DNA of 63,366 nucleotides, filler included, from Rhabdomonas costata (taxonomy: Eukaryota), in assembly GCA_019059605.1 (NCBI GenBank). It is 51 parts of 51 records of this genome, joined end to end, with 100 filler letters (N's around TTAATTAATTAA, not from the genome) between each part and the next. Parts side by side here need not be neighbours in the genome. Positions count along the whole stretch, not along the records: positions 49,783 to 50,926 come from JAHMHO010026444.1; positions 51,027 to 52,170 come from JAHMHO010026445.1; positions 52,271 to 53,414 come from JAHMHO010026446.1; positions 53,515 to 54,658 come from JAHMHO010026447.1; positions 54,759 to 55,902 come from JAHMHO010026448.1; positions 56,003 to 57,146 come from JAHMHO010026449.1; positions 57,247 to 58,390 come from JAHMHO010026450.1; positions 58,491 to 59,634 come from JAHMHO010026451.1; 43 more parts are not named here. One strand, written 5' to 3'. The first letter of the stretch is position 1. Each line of letters begins with the position of its first letter. The notes below the pieces were generated by a model, which saw only the letters and a list, made by a program, of their open reading frames with translations, was not told the DNA's origin and did no database searches. Below are positions 50,075-61,800 of the stretch, piece after piece. The translations under genes were made by a program, and so were the position numbers.

Positions 50075-52700
50075 GTGTGTTACCCTACTAGTAGTGTTAT
50101 GCGTATGGTGTGTTATGCCAAGAGTTGGTGTGGTGTGGTGGTGTGATGGGGTTGCGCTTAGCGTCATGGTGCCACTGTGGCAGGTGGGTCAAACCAAGGT
50201 GTTGAGCCTCCGCTTCATCACGTACCCGTACACCCCCCTGATATAGCGTCACGTCCTACAATGTGACCGGCGACGTGGTGGTGTTGGCGCAGGGCATCCA
50301 CTCCTCCAACCTAGGTGTGTCCACCTCTAGTAGGTGGGTGTGGGGATGGCTATGTCGTCATGTTGGTGTGGTGGCAAGGGGGTGTCGTCCCACGCCCCCT
50401 TGTGGTGATGGTCCAGTAGAGCCCAGCGTGCAACGTGAGAGGGCGAATGCTACCGACCCTAACCCTGAGGTCGTAGAATAGAGGGATGTTGGTGTAGGGG
50501 AAGGGCTGATGGCATGATGTCATTCCGTCCGTGAGACCGACTACGCAAGAGAGCTCAACCCCTAGTGGCTGCAGGAAGGCCGCTCGTGAGGAAGGGAGTC
50601 CGCGTGCACTCCCAACCACTGATGCCCCCTGCTGACTCTGAGTGAGGAATTCCAGCGTAGGTACTGAAGCAGCGTAGGAGCTAGAGATGGTGGGCTGAGG
50701 TCGTGATGTTATCAATGTCGTGGATGTTATGCTATCAATTTCAAAAAGAAACGCTCTTTTGTATCGGTAAAATATATTAGAAAAACCGCATAAAAACTTG
50801 AATTTCAAAATGCAGTCCGACCCTGCTGAACTTGTTGAAAGCAGAATAAATAAACCACAACCAGTTACTAGGATTTTGTTTAAAACGTTTGTTTGTGAGA
50901 TGGCCGCAATTCAACCACCCCTCAAGNNNNNNNNNNNNNNNNNNNNNNNNNNNNNNNNNNNNNNNNNNNNTTAATTAATTAANNNNNNNNNNNNNNNNNN
51001 NNNNNNNNNNNNNNNNNNNNNNNNNNGGTGGGGTGGTTCCACCAAAAGAACTTGCGCGTTCGCCATTTTTCGGGAACGAAAGGACCAGCAGTATGCCCTG
51101 GCGCAAGGAAAAGAGTCCATCTTGGGACTCACTGTCCAAATGCTTAATCTGACGAAGTTCCCCAAGGAACTTGGCGGGTTGAAAGGCGAGTCGGGAGAAA
51201 TATCTAAGCTTGCTTTGCTTCGGGCTCCTGTGTGGCTGCTCATCAAGGCGGTGCTGCGTCACGAGACGGACTTTTCCGAGGTTGTGGTGAAGTCCTCTAC
51301 CAAAGACATGATTGCCGTCAGGGTCCCCTCCATTCAATGCAAAGATCTCATTTCAAAAGGTTCCGTGAAGTTGCTTGGGCTTGACGTTGGTATTCAGCTG
51401 TTGGAGGCGCTGCCAAACTCCGCAGAGAGCCAACTTTGAGCAACATTTGGGCATTTTACGTTGGCAGGCAGTTTGGACAAAAGACTTTTGTGATTGTCAC
51501 TTTCAAGCTGTTGTGGGTTCGTGCGAAGGGCAAATAGAACAATGGTTGGGTGAGGTGCGCAAAACGTGGCAGTCAAATACTAGCCAACTGTGCAAACGTG
51601 TTTTTTTGAAGTCACGTCCGTAGCGCACAGGTTGTTCATGATCCGGGCCGCAGGCAGTGCAATAACTTACTTTGGCAGAATGCGTGGAAATCAAATCTTC
51701 ATGGAGAGAAACTTGAAAGAAAAACACGGAGAACACGCGCCGTGGATGTGGTGTGATTCCAAAGGGAAAATGCAACAAATGAACCCGGTGAGGAACACGG
51801 ACATCAGCAGCGTTACGTGGGAGGCGGGCCTGTGCCACATGGGGTCCGTACGGGCAGGACGAATGAAAGAGGAGAGCGGGCAAAGTGGTCTGCCAGGAAA
51901 AGAGAGCTTTCAAATCAGTGCCCGCGATACGCAACCCAAAGGCGCCCTACAAGTCTAGGTTTGACTGCTGATCTTGCCGGTGCGCGCGCCGGTTCATCGT
52001 CCGCCTTCGCGGGTCATCGCCTCCGTTTTCGAAGCACCCCGGTACGGTATAGAGTGCCTCCTCGACCGCGTTCTAAAAAACCAAAAGGGCGCGTGGTAAT
52101 TCCGGTTCGCCCCCCCAAGGGCCGCCAAAACCTTTCCGGTGCTTCTTTTTTTGTGTTGACCCCCCAACAANNNNNNNNNNNNNNNNNNNNNNNNNNNNNN
52201 NNNNNNNNNNNNNNTTAATTAATTAANNNNNNNNNNNNNNNNNNNNNNNNNNNNNNNNNNNNNNNNNNNNTTGTTTGTGTCCCGGGTCGCGAAGCGCAGC
52301 GGTTCGGAGGTCCTATGTGTTTGTGTGAAGAGCGTGGTCAAGAGATTGCCTTTGATCGTGCGTACACGGACATGGGATCGTCTCCTCCTTTCCTCCCCCA
52401 CCCCTCATCCATTCCAGCTCTGAAGGAACTAGTTTTTGATATTTCAGCATGCTTCCTGCCTGTTGTATAATATTCAGCGTGGCTAACAGAGTAAGGGAGC
52501 ACCCCGTAAGAGTAAGGGAGCACCCCTGGTCATGTGCCAATCAATGCTCTCGAAGCTTGCTTCTCATTTTGGCAGAAAAGGCGAATTCTTCTTGGCGCTT
52601 TCTCTCTATCTCTCTCAGTTTTTTCGTGCCGGTTGCTTTCTGACTCACCTTTCTCGAAGTTGTGAGGCTCCTGCGATAAGCCCAAGCCCTCCGGCATCCC

Positions 52701-53241
52701 ATGGGGCAGGGCCAGTCCCCTGCGCTGTGGGCACAGAAGGAGCATGACCTGGAAGCCACGGAGCTGCACCTCCGGTATGCACCTAAGCCTCATGCCCAAC
52801 CCTTACCTACCGACTTACCCAACTGCTCCAGCCAGCAGAGCACTCCAGGGTCAATTGATGACGCACTTTCAGGATGGCGTCGAAGGTGGGATCATGAATT
52901 CTTTGTGGATTCCCCGCTGGCCGCTCTGTCGCGCTTCCTTGTACACCCACTCCTTCTCGGTCAGGTCCGTGCGGCAGTGCTGGCAGAGGTGTGTGACCCA
53001 CCCCAACGAGACCACGTTACGGCCGGAGGAGGAGCAGTGCATCACCGCAGTTGCGGTGCGGTACTGGCAGACCATTGCCCTGGCCAAGGACGTGCTGTAC
53101 GAGTATGCCCAGCAGCAGCAGCAGGGCAAGAGCAAGGGCAAGGGGGCGGCCGGGGGGAAGCCTGCCAAGGACGCCGCTGTGGCGTCATCCGCGCCTCCCG
53201 GCGAGAACACGGCATCGCCGGCTGGGAAGCAAGCGAGCTAG
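52701..53241 (+). CDS. Small Tim-family mitochondrial intermembrane-space chaperone, complete two-exon gene (52701-52774 and 52965-53241)
   Basis: MGQGQSPALWAQKEHDLEATELHLR|SVRQCWQRCVTHPNETTLRPEEEQCITAVAVRYWQT; CX3C plus L...E..C; phase-2 GT-AG intron. Confidence 0.75.
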
Positions 53242-53641
53242 TGCCAAGGCTTGAAACGGAGGGCAACTTGAGCGTACAGTCACTTCAGTCAGTGTTTTAT
53301 GGGGCTGATTTCTCTTCCTGGGCTGTTGCTTTTCTTCGGAAAGGAAGATTGGGGAAGCGGAACACGGAGATCCATTGACCCGACCCCCCCCCCCCTCTCT
53401 CTCTCTCACAGTCANNNNNNNNNNNNNNNNNNNNNNNNNNNNNNNNNNNNNNNNNNNNTTAATTAATTAANNNNNNNNNNNNNNNNNNNNNNNNNNNNNN
53501 NNNNNNNNNNNNNNGGGTTTGTGGGAGCTGAGGGACGAATAAACATTTCTTTTGAACCGAAGCCGCCAAGAAGAAGAAGAAACATCTTCCAAGTTTCCCT
53601 TTTCGATGAAACTGGTTGGTGCGGGTTTTGCCCCCGTGCAG

Positions 53642-53843
53642 CCACATGGCCATGGTAGTGGACGCGAAGGATCACCTCACCTTGATCGGGATCATCACCT
53701 TGGAGGACGTCATCGAGGAGCTTATTCAGGAGGAGATCCGCGACGAGACGGACCCCCGGATACTCTCCTTCCGGAGCCCAGGAAGCAGTGTCAACATTAC
53801 CAGCCCCACGCCCTCGTCAGGAGGAGGGGGAGGTCCCCTTCAG
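53642..53843 (+). CDS. CNNM/DUF21-CBS metal transporter exon
   Basis: HMAMVVD...IGIITLEDVIEELIQEEIRDETD is the CNNM CBS2 signature. Confidence 0.9.
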
Positions 53844-54906
53844 GTTGCGTTGTGTGCGTGTGTGTTTGTGTGCGTGTGCGTGCTTGTGCGTGCTTGCGTC
53901 TTACCCAGCAGTCATTCAAAGTTCCTCCACGGAACGAGACTCCGAGGCAACTTGTGTCACCAACCTGAGCACCTGCTCGATGAGTTACGAACCTCAACGC
54001 AGACCCCTCCAACGTATCTGTCATTTTAACGCCCATGACCACGAAATTGCAAAAAAAAACATTACCCCCATATAATGCCCTCCTTCCTCTCAGCCGCCTT
54101 GTCTCGTAGATTCAGTTGGTTTTCCGAGCACCCTTTTTAAATAAGGATGAAACCTTTTACAATCTTTTTTAATTATTGAAATATTTTGGATTTTTGGAAT
54201 TTTTATGGGAAATTTTAAAACCAGTGCTGTTTTTTCGATGTTATCGAAACCTGAGGTTTTTGGTGTAAAAAAAACTGCTGGACCTCAGCGCCTTAGAGAG
54301 TTCCCCTTTGCTTGATTCCCATCCATTTCGGCCCTTTCTCACCCCTCCCCTCCTCTCCATGTTGTCTCCTCGGCCACTTGGCTTCTTTTGATGACATGTG
54401 GCGCTGGGTTGATGCACCGCACGCTGTTATGCAAAAAACTCTGTGGCCTTTCTTGTGTAAACACTGTAAACAAACCTGACTCAAGAGGCTGCTTTCTTGG
54501 TGTGTTTTTGTGGGCGGATGCTGCTTCCGATGACTCTGCTGAGAAAGAGGTTAAGCTTCAGTGCCTAAAAGTGCTTTCGATGGAAAGTACTGCGAACCAC
54601 TTAAGATTCACCTTGGAGCCGGCTGAGTCAGGTTTGTTTACAGTGTTTACACAACACANNNNNNNNNNNNNNNNNNNNNNNNNNNNNNNNNNNNNNNNNN
54701 NNTTAATTAATTAANNNNNNNNNNNNNNNNNNNNNNNNNNNNNNNNNNNNNNNNNNNNTTGTGTGGGTAGTCCGTCGCCAATCGTCCAAGCTGTTCAACT
54801 TTCGAAAAAAAAAAAGCATGGCTTATTATAAAAATTGCAATTCGAAAAACGTTTAAGACCTCCAGACACCGAAAAGCACAGGAAAGCGCGCGAAGGTACG
54901 CAATAC

Positions 54907-55439
54907 CTGTGCCTGCGCTTCCAGGGTGGGTCTCTGGAGGTTCCAGCTCAACTAATGAGATTTGTATCTCAGAGACCTCGGAAGGTTCCTCCACTTGGAC
55001 TTGGGGAACTGTTGTCACGCGTTCCAGTGCTACCTCTGAAAGAACTGGATTGGTGACAGGGGCAGCTATGTGGCGAACATGGCCAGCCTTGAAGCAGCTC
55101 AGGCAGACGTCGTAGTCACAGCCCCGTTCACATCGGAATGCGGTGCCTCGCCGCAGGCATATGTCACAAACGTGCTGAGGCATCGCCAAGGGAGTGAGCC
55201 GATGCGAAGCTGAGGAAACGAGGCAAACCAACCTTAAAAAGTGGAGGAAAGAGTGTTGGGGTGGGGTGGGGAAGAAGCAAACAGTGTTAAAAAAAAAACA
55301 GAAAATAAGAAAAGGAACAGCCTACCTGGCTGGTTGTTCTTCATTGCCCGTACTGCAGTTGTACGAGAGGGCACTGGCATGCTCGCTGTGCAAATGATGA
55401 GAGATGCTATCACGTCCCCAGTTTCCGAGTCCACCAGCG
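54907..55439 (-). CDS. ZZ-type zinc-finger protein (exons 55439-55326 and 55209-54907)
   Basis: HVCDIC.....FRCERGCDYDVCLSC; the phase-1 GT-AG junction is consistent. Confidence 0.7.
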
Positions 55440-58400
55440 CTTCATGGGGGCACTATGCACGTTAGGCGAAAGACGTGCTTGTTCGCTGCTGTATTTTTTA
55501 AGGGGAGAGGCTTTATTGGACTCATTGGGCATTGTAACGCACTGTAACGCAGGCAAACGCACTGCAACCTCTGCGGGCTTCTTCACGACCCATGCGAGTT
55601 CCCGAAGGCCCTGTTGTTGGGTGCGGAACACGGGCTGCCGTGGCTGTGATGCTGCCTCTCGTAACCCGACTTGGGGCGAACTGAGGGGAAGCGTCCCGAA
55701 GGTGCGCTGCATCCCTGGATGCGCTCGGGCCGACCCTGGACACGCGCTGGGAGCATGAATTAGCCTTAGAAGTGATGATCTGAGAAAAGCAAGCAAAGAA
55801 GCACCATATGTACACTTGCATACCAGTAGCTTGCATTACTGCTCTTTTTAAGGGTTGCAAACGGGTTGAAAGTGGTCCAATCATGAATGTCCACAACCCA
55901 CCNNNNNNNNNNNNNNNNNNNNNNNNNNNNNNNNNNNNNNNNNNNNTTAATTAATTAANNNNNNNNNNNNNNNNNNNNNNNNNNNNNNNNNNNNNNNNNN
56001 NNGGCATTGTCTAACAACACCTGCGAGCGAAGGTGTTAACCCTGACGTCTGCGGCACGGCGGCTGAGAAATCTCCGTTTTCTATTGCGGTAGTGTAAGGG
56101 GACTGTTCAGCGCACAAAGCAACGAATTAACTATCGATGAACGGCCCAAACAGCCTCTGCAGCATTGTTCCCAAAAATCAAGAACGGTCACCAGGAAAAA
56201 ACCCGAGTAAATCAACAATGTAGAAAGGGTCACGTGAAAGCAAAGAATATGTCCAGAGGCGCACAACGGCACAAGGGCTCAGAAGCAATCATTTGGCGAA
56301 AGCGTGGATGCATGAGGATGCATAAAACCAAAAGCAACAAGGCAAGTTCCCAAGTGAGCGTTTCCATTACAGTTGGGCAACAGTTCCACGAGAATGCTGT
56401 CACAAACACAATCTGAAATCTCTGCATTCCATCCACTTCTGTGGTGTAGCTCTTCCTCCTCTTCCAAAGGCGTCAAGAAGTGAAAGTGCCAGCAGCAAAT
56501 AAATGTGATCACAGTTCTTACGATGGGATTGTGGGCAATATTAAACCTGCATCTTCTGGGTGGCGTGCTATTGGAATATTGTGTTTGTACGCGTGGGAAA
56601 CTGTTGTTTTAAAACGAACAGGAACGTATGCTTAGCGACCACATTACAATGGCAATACATCGCTTCGTATCGCACAATGCTAAAATCTCGTAAAACCTCG
56701 GCAACGCTACTGAAGAAAGAGTTCTGCTTAAACTCGCATCTACCTACTGGGGTATGAACGAGGGTATGATGTGTAGATCTGGTGTCTTATTTTCTGTTGA
56801 CAACGATAAAAAGTGCCTGCGTAGGACATCTACGAACGGCGAGAACAGGCCAGCAGTGCTCCCGCTGCTCTAGAACCAAACCAACGCAATGATAATAAAA
56901 ATAATAATGCATACAAATATAGTAACAATATGGTGAAAAAATAACAACGGAATTTCCAGCATCTCTACACTTCTGCATGACACGGACGACGAAAAACATG
57001 ATAGCCACGTTATTTATTCAACTCCGAATGGTTCTCCTACCGCCCACGATGCAACTGAAAGCTTGCGTTGATGACTTTGGGTGACCCCCACCCTATCAAG
57101 TGCATTTGGGGACCCCCTAAGTTGCACTTGATAGGGTGGGGGTCACNNNNNNNNNNNNNNNNNNNNNNNNNNNNNNNNNNNNNNNNNNNNTTAATTAATT
57201 AANNNNNNNNNNNNNNNNNNNNNNNNNNNNNNNNNNNNNNNNNNNNGTGGTGGGTGTGGGTGGGTGGTGTGGGACAATGCAATAATAGAAAGCTCGTGAG
57301 GGACGCCGTGCGCAGACTTTTCTGAAGAATCTCATTCCGCCTAAGCTCCTTGCCCCGGCGCCGCCTGTTGCTTCGAGTAGACCCGGCGTCACTGAGGGGC
57401 ATTGTATTGGACGGTGATCAAAAAGTGTGTATGTGTGTGGGGGTCTTCTCTGGAAGCAGCAGCAGTGGCTATAGGTAGGGGAAGAGGGATTTCTTTTCGG
57501 CTGTGTAGCTCGCCCCTCTGGATGCTATTATTTCTAACTTGACCTTCTTTGGCGGATTAGTTGCAAGTTTCGCCCAGCACGGTTTCTTTTGCGGTTTCAG
57601 CGGGCTTGTAAAAGTCACAAAAATCATCTTTTGTTCCTGAAAAAGCACTTGCTACTCAATTCGCAGCTGTTATTCGGTGCGTTTGTGAGGGAAGGGGTTT
57701 CTAACCAATCAAGAAAGTCCATTGCAAGACTTCGTTTCGCCGATGCGATCTTTCTTGTAAGTGCTCAGAAGAGGAGCGAGGGTGCCTACCCTGCGCCTTT
57801 CTTCCCCTCGCCTCCGCCAAGCATCCTAAAGGAGCCATCCTCGCTTTTGAACAGTTGACTTGACTACGTTTCAGTCTTTCCTGTTTTCTGGGGTTAACCT
57901 TATTACTTTCACTGCTGTCTTACTTACTTACTTCTGCCTTCCTCTGCATGCGCAAACAATACGGATTCTGATGTTGGTTTGTATCCCACCTATATCCCAC
58001 CCACTGGAGGATGCAAAGGTTGAAGGTAACGTTCTCCCGCATACAGTGACGCTGACGGCAGGAAAAACACCACCCTGCCCATTGATGAGACAGGGACAAT
58101 TTAACGCCTAAACGCAGCCGCAGAGACCGCAGTAAAGATTCAATGCCTGAACTCCCCTGCAAGCCAAAGACCACCAGCCGGAAGAAACGCGGACAACCCA
58201 ACCCATTTTTACAAAAATTTCGTCATGGCATTTCCTCGGGACTCAACCCTTCGAAAGAAGCACCATTCTTGTCGTAATTATCCCAAGGCATCTTGGTAGG
58301 ACTGATGTACTGCCCCCTAACCACCAACTATTCGACATCAGCCAGCTATCACAGGGGTTAGGTTTTCGCTTTCCTGTCCCCCCCCCCCGGNNNNNNNNNN

Positions 58401-58493
58401 NNNNNNNNNNNNNNNNNNNNNNNNNNNNNNNNNNTTAATTAATTAANNNNNNNNNNNNNNNNNNNNNNNNNNNNNNNNNNNNNNNNNNNNTGT

Positions 58494-59444
58494 TTGTGTT
58501 ATAATTTTATAATAAATTTTTTTACAAATAAAGATATCATAAAATATGATAAAATAATACAAACAAATAAAAATTTTTTTTATTTACCGTATGATCTACA
58601 ATTTTATATAATTGAATATATGGATGATTTATCTTTAGCTAATTTATGTAAAAGCAAAATAAATGCGGATATATTTATGTTATTTTCTGATACTTGGAAA
58701 ACAAAAATTAGTCACAAATTAAATAAAATACAATCTATTAAATATCATGGTATTTTTTATTGTTTATTAGTTGGTAATTATTGTCTTTTTTGGTTTGAAA
58801 TATGTAAAGATAACATGTATGTATTTAATATTTTATACAATTGTAATATATGTAATACATGTCGACATAATTTAAATATGAAAGCTATAAATGAATGTGA
58901 ATTGATTAAAAACAATGTTTATAAATGTCAAATGAAAACATCACAGTATACATATGTTGTATACAAATATAAAAAATATTGGAAATTTAACGATATTAAA
59001 CAATTACAACTTCAAAATAAACAACGTGAAACATTATTCAATGAAATATTAAATAAATTAAAATTACATAAAACGTATATTGCATTGTATAAAACAGATT
59101 TTATACTTCATACAATTGATCTTGTACATATTTATAATTACATTGATAAGTTAATTAAAAAGAAACATATGTATGTCACATATGAAGATTTATTATATGA
59201 TCTAAAACAATGTTATATACCGATATATTCAACACGATACATGACCTATTATATTTTTTATAATTTATTAAATAAGATATCATATACAACATTATTTCTT
59301 AAATTATTATTGATAGAAAAAACATTAACGAATAAGGATATAAATGTAATTCATTCACGTACAAATAGAATTAAATTTAAATATATTAAATATGAAATAT
59401 CGTTGTGTCAAGCATGTATTATTATTAAAAAATTATTAAATTAA
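58494..59444 (+). CDS. Intronless AT-rich ORF with an F-box-like motif, NCLDV-like (5' end uncertain)
   Basis: 316 codons, rich in I/K/Y/N/L; FFYLPYDLQFYIIEYMDDLSLANLC F-box motif; a CNICNTC Cys cluster. Confidence 0.75.
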   Translation: MCYNFIINFFTNKDIIKYDKIIQTNKNFFYLPYDLQFYIIEYMDDLSLANLCKSKINADIFMLFSDTWKTKISHKLNKIQSIKYHGIFYCLLVGNYCLFWFEICKDNMYVFNILYNCNICNTCRHNLNMKAINECELIKNNVYKCQMKTSQYTYVVYKYKKYWKFNDIKQLQLQNKQRETLFNEILNKLKLHKTYIALYKTDFILHTIDLVHIYNYIDKLIKKKHMYVTYEDLLYDLKQCYIPIYSTRYMTYYIFYNLLNKISYTTLFLKLLLIEKTLTNKDINVIHSRTNRIKFKYIKYEISLCQACIIIKKLLN

Positions 59445-59447
59445 TTT

Positions 59448-59486
59448 TTTTGAATAAATATTTTTATTTCATATATTTATTCAAAA
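59448..59486. terminator. Perfect 14-bp hairpin between convergent genes, candidate NCLDV transcript-end signal
   Basis: TTTTGAATAAATAT (59448-59461), 11-nt loop, ATATTTATTCAAAA (59473-59486); overlaps the minus-strand stop codon. Confidence 0.65.
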
Positions 59487-59632
59487 CTTAATAAATATTT
59501 AAATTGTTCAAGATCTGCTAACATTTCATCACGAATTGCTATTAAATCTGTATTTGTTGTTAAACATTTACTTAATTTTTGAAGAAGTTTTATAAATAAT
59601 TCTAAATCATCCACAATATTTTTATTTAAATG
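59477..59632 (-). CDS. C-terminus of a ferritin/Dps-like (DUF5856-type) protein, absent from the ORF track
   Basis: HLNKNIVDDLELFIKLLQKLSKCLTTNTDLIAIRDEMLADLEQFKYLLSFE*; the TDL..IRDE(M/I)L....Q..YLL.F ending is typical of this virus-associated family. Confidence 0.75.
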   Translation of the reverse strand, partial: HLNKNIVDDLELFIKLLQKLSKCLTTNTDLIAIRDEMLADLEQFKYLLSFE

Positions 59633-61239
59633 AANNNNNNNNNNNNNNNNNNNNNNNNNNNNNNNNNNNNNNNNNNNNTTAATTAATTAANNNNNNNNNN
59701 NNNNNNNNNNNNNNNNNNNNNNNNNNNNNNNNNNGGGGTGGGGTCAGCATAGTGGAGTGGGTTCTGCAGCGGCCACCCTTCTACAGGCATCGAGGCATGC
59801 AGCGTAACACCCTTCCTTCTCACGTAGACACTCTGTACCCATGCATCGCATCAAGGTGGTGGTTGGTGCGTAAGGGTTGGGTTGGGTTGGGAACATGCAG
59901 CGTATGTGTCATGGTCCTCAGCTTTGGATAGGCACTGTCACCCTGCGGGGCCTTGACGCTCATCAATTACCCTGTAACCCTTACACCCTGTCCTACCATC
60001 AACGGAGGGTGCAGTGCGTAACGTGTCACCTTGATACTCCTCCTGATGCAGGGTACGGTCAGCACTGTGATGGTAGGTGCATGCTAACCCTCCACTCAAC
60101 AGTGCATACGTAAGTTGGTTGTTCTACTCGTATGTCTTACCTTCCAACAACTTAACGCTAAAGGTGTGTAGCCTATGCGTGTAGTGTGGAGTGCATACAA
60201 CAGTAGCCTTAGCCCACTGCGTACGGTCACTTAACACATGGTCGAATCCTTCACCTCGTACCATGCGAGCGCCAGACTATGAGATGCTGACATCCAGTGC
60301 CAAGTAGGACCCAGGGTAGACAGTCAGCTCACCTCCCACGCCATGATCGGGTGCAGCTGTAGGGTTTGAGTGACGTTGCATCACCGGTCACCTTACGCCT
60401 AACCTCATCATGGGGCTGGTGTACGCTATAGCCTAGCATCCATCACTGGGTCTTTCATCTGACGCCCAGATACGCCAGGTATATCACTGTGAATCCACAC
60501 GCATAGGGTCCACGCAACACGTATTTCCCAGGCGAACCTGATGACAACGTAGATCGTGAGCCTCAGCTCAGCTTCACCTTATGCGCCCATAGGTTACTGG
60601 CCTCGTGAGCATTGTCCTTGTTGTATTTGTGTGTGAGTGTAATGTAGATACAATGATCGTTTCGACCGTACGTGATCAAGCATCGGACCGCATCCTTATC
60701 GAGTCATCGTCGTCTCATTCTTCACCTTCACCGTATCCTGCACTTGGAGCTCTTTCTCGTTCGTCATGCACGCTTTTCGCACAAGACCGACCGTCATTCC
60801 TACTAGGACATCCAAAATGACAGCCGCGAAACCGATACCGAAACCCAGACCCCGAATGCCTCAACCCAACCCAAAAACNNNNNNNNNNNNNNNNNNNNNN
60901 NNNNNNNNNNNNNNNNNNNNNNTTAATTAATTAANNNNNNNNNNNNNNNNNNNNNNNNNNNNNNNNNNNNNNNNNNNNTGTGGAATGTAAACGCGAAGAT
61001 CCCGGAGGAGTGGTTGCTCCACGTCAGAGGAAGGGAACAGCCGAAACTTGAGGAGGGGATGCCGGCCTTTCTGGGGAGAACTGGAAGTTGCTCGTAAACC
61101 CCAGCAATATAAGCGCTGGTACAGTTCGGCGAAGAGGCGTGCAAGCAGAGCGAATTGCAGGCCTCAGCCGGAAGAGCTTGAACCTGAGAGCTCAAAACCT
61201 AGGTGCAAAAGCACACATCTCCCAGCACTTTTTGTGTTT

Positions 61240-61800
61240 CATTCTCCTAAGAACTGCTCCCTGTGTGCTCTGGGCCTGTTTCTCCAGTCCAGATAGGTCG
61301 ACGGTAGTTCGGGGGTAGCTGCACTTCTCGGGGTTCGACTTTCACGTGCTGTGCTGGCTCGGCATCCCTCTTTTCCCCTCCCTGGAGGTTGCACATTGCC
61401 AACCTGGCGGCACTCAGGGAAATGTTCGGGGGGATCACGTGCTGTAATGCACCCAGCACGGGAGGTACGCCCGCCACAATGCACTGCGAAATGCCCTTGT
61501 TCTAATTGCGGACACCTCTGGCTATGCTTGTGATAGAGATGCTGCTGTGCAGCCTGGCAACCTGCAACCTGCTCTGCGGCGTCATGGGGACCTTCGAGAT
61601 TCGGGATTCGATGCGAGAGGCGTGAGCCTGGAAGTGGACGCCAGCATTGTGCACCCCTTGCAGCTCTCTGCCAGCTTCACACCGGAAGATATGAATGCAG
61701 CTGTGGTTCGGCAAGAGCACTCCATAGAACTGTGCACTAGGGTTGGGGTGCGGTTTGCTCTTGCCGCCGTGGCGACGACTTGTGGCTGAATCCACGGCGG
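61240..61800 (+). mobile_element. Degenerate CRE-like non-LTR retrotransposon C-terminus (zinc knuckle plus restriction-like endonuclease)
   Basis: One frame reads WLGIPLF...C...GDHVL*C..HGRYARHNALRNAL...RHGDL.....EVDASIVHP....LC...GVRF...AVAT, with in-frame stops. Confidence 0.75.
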
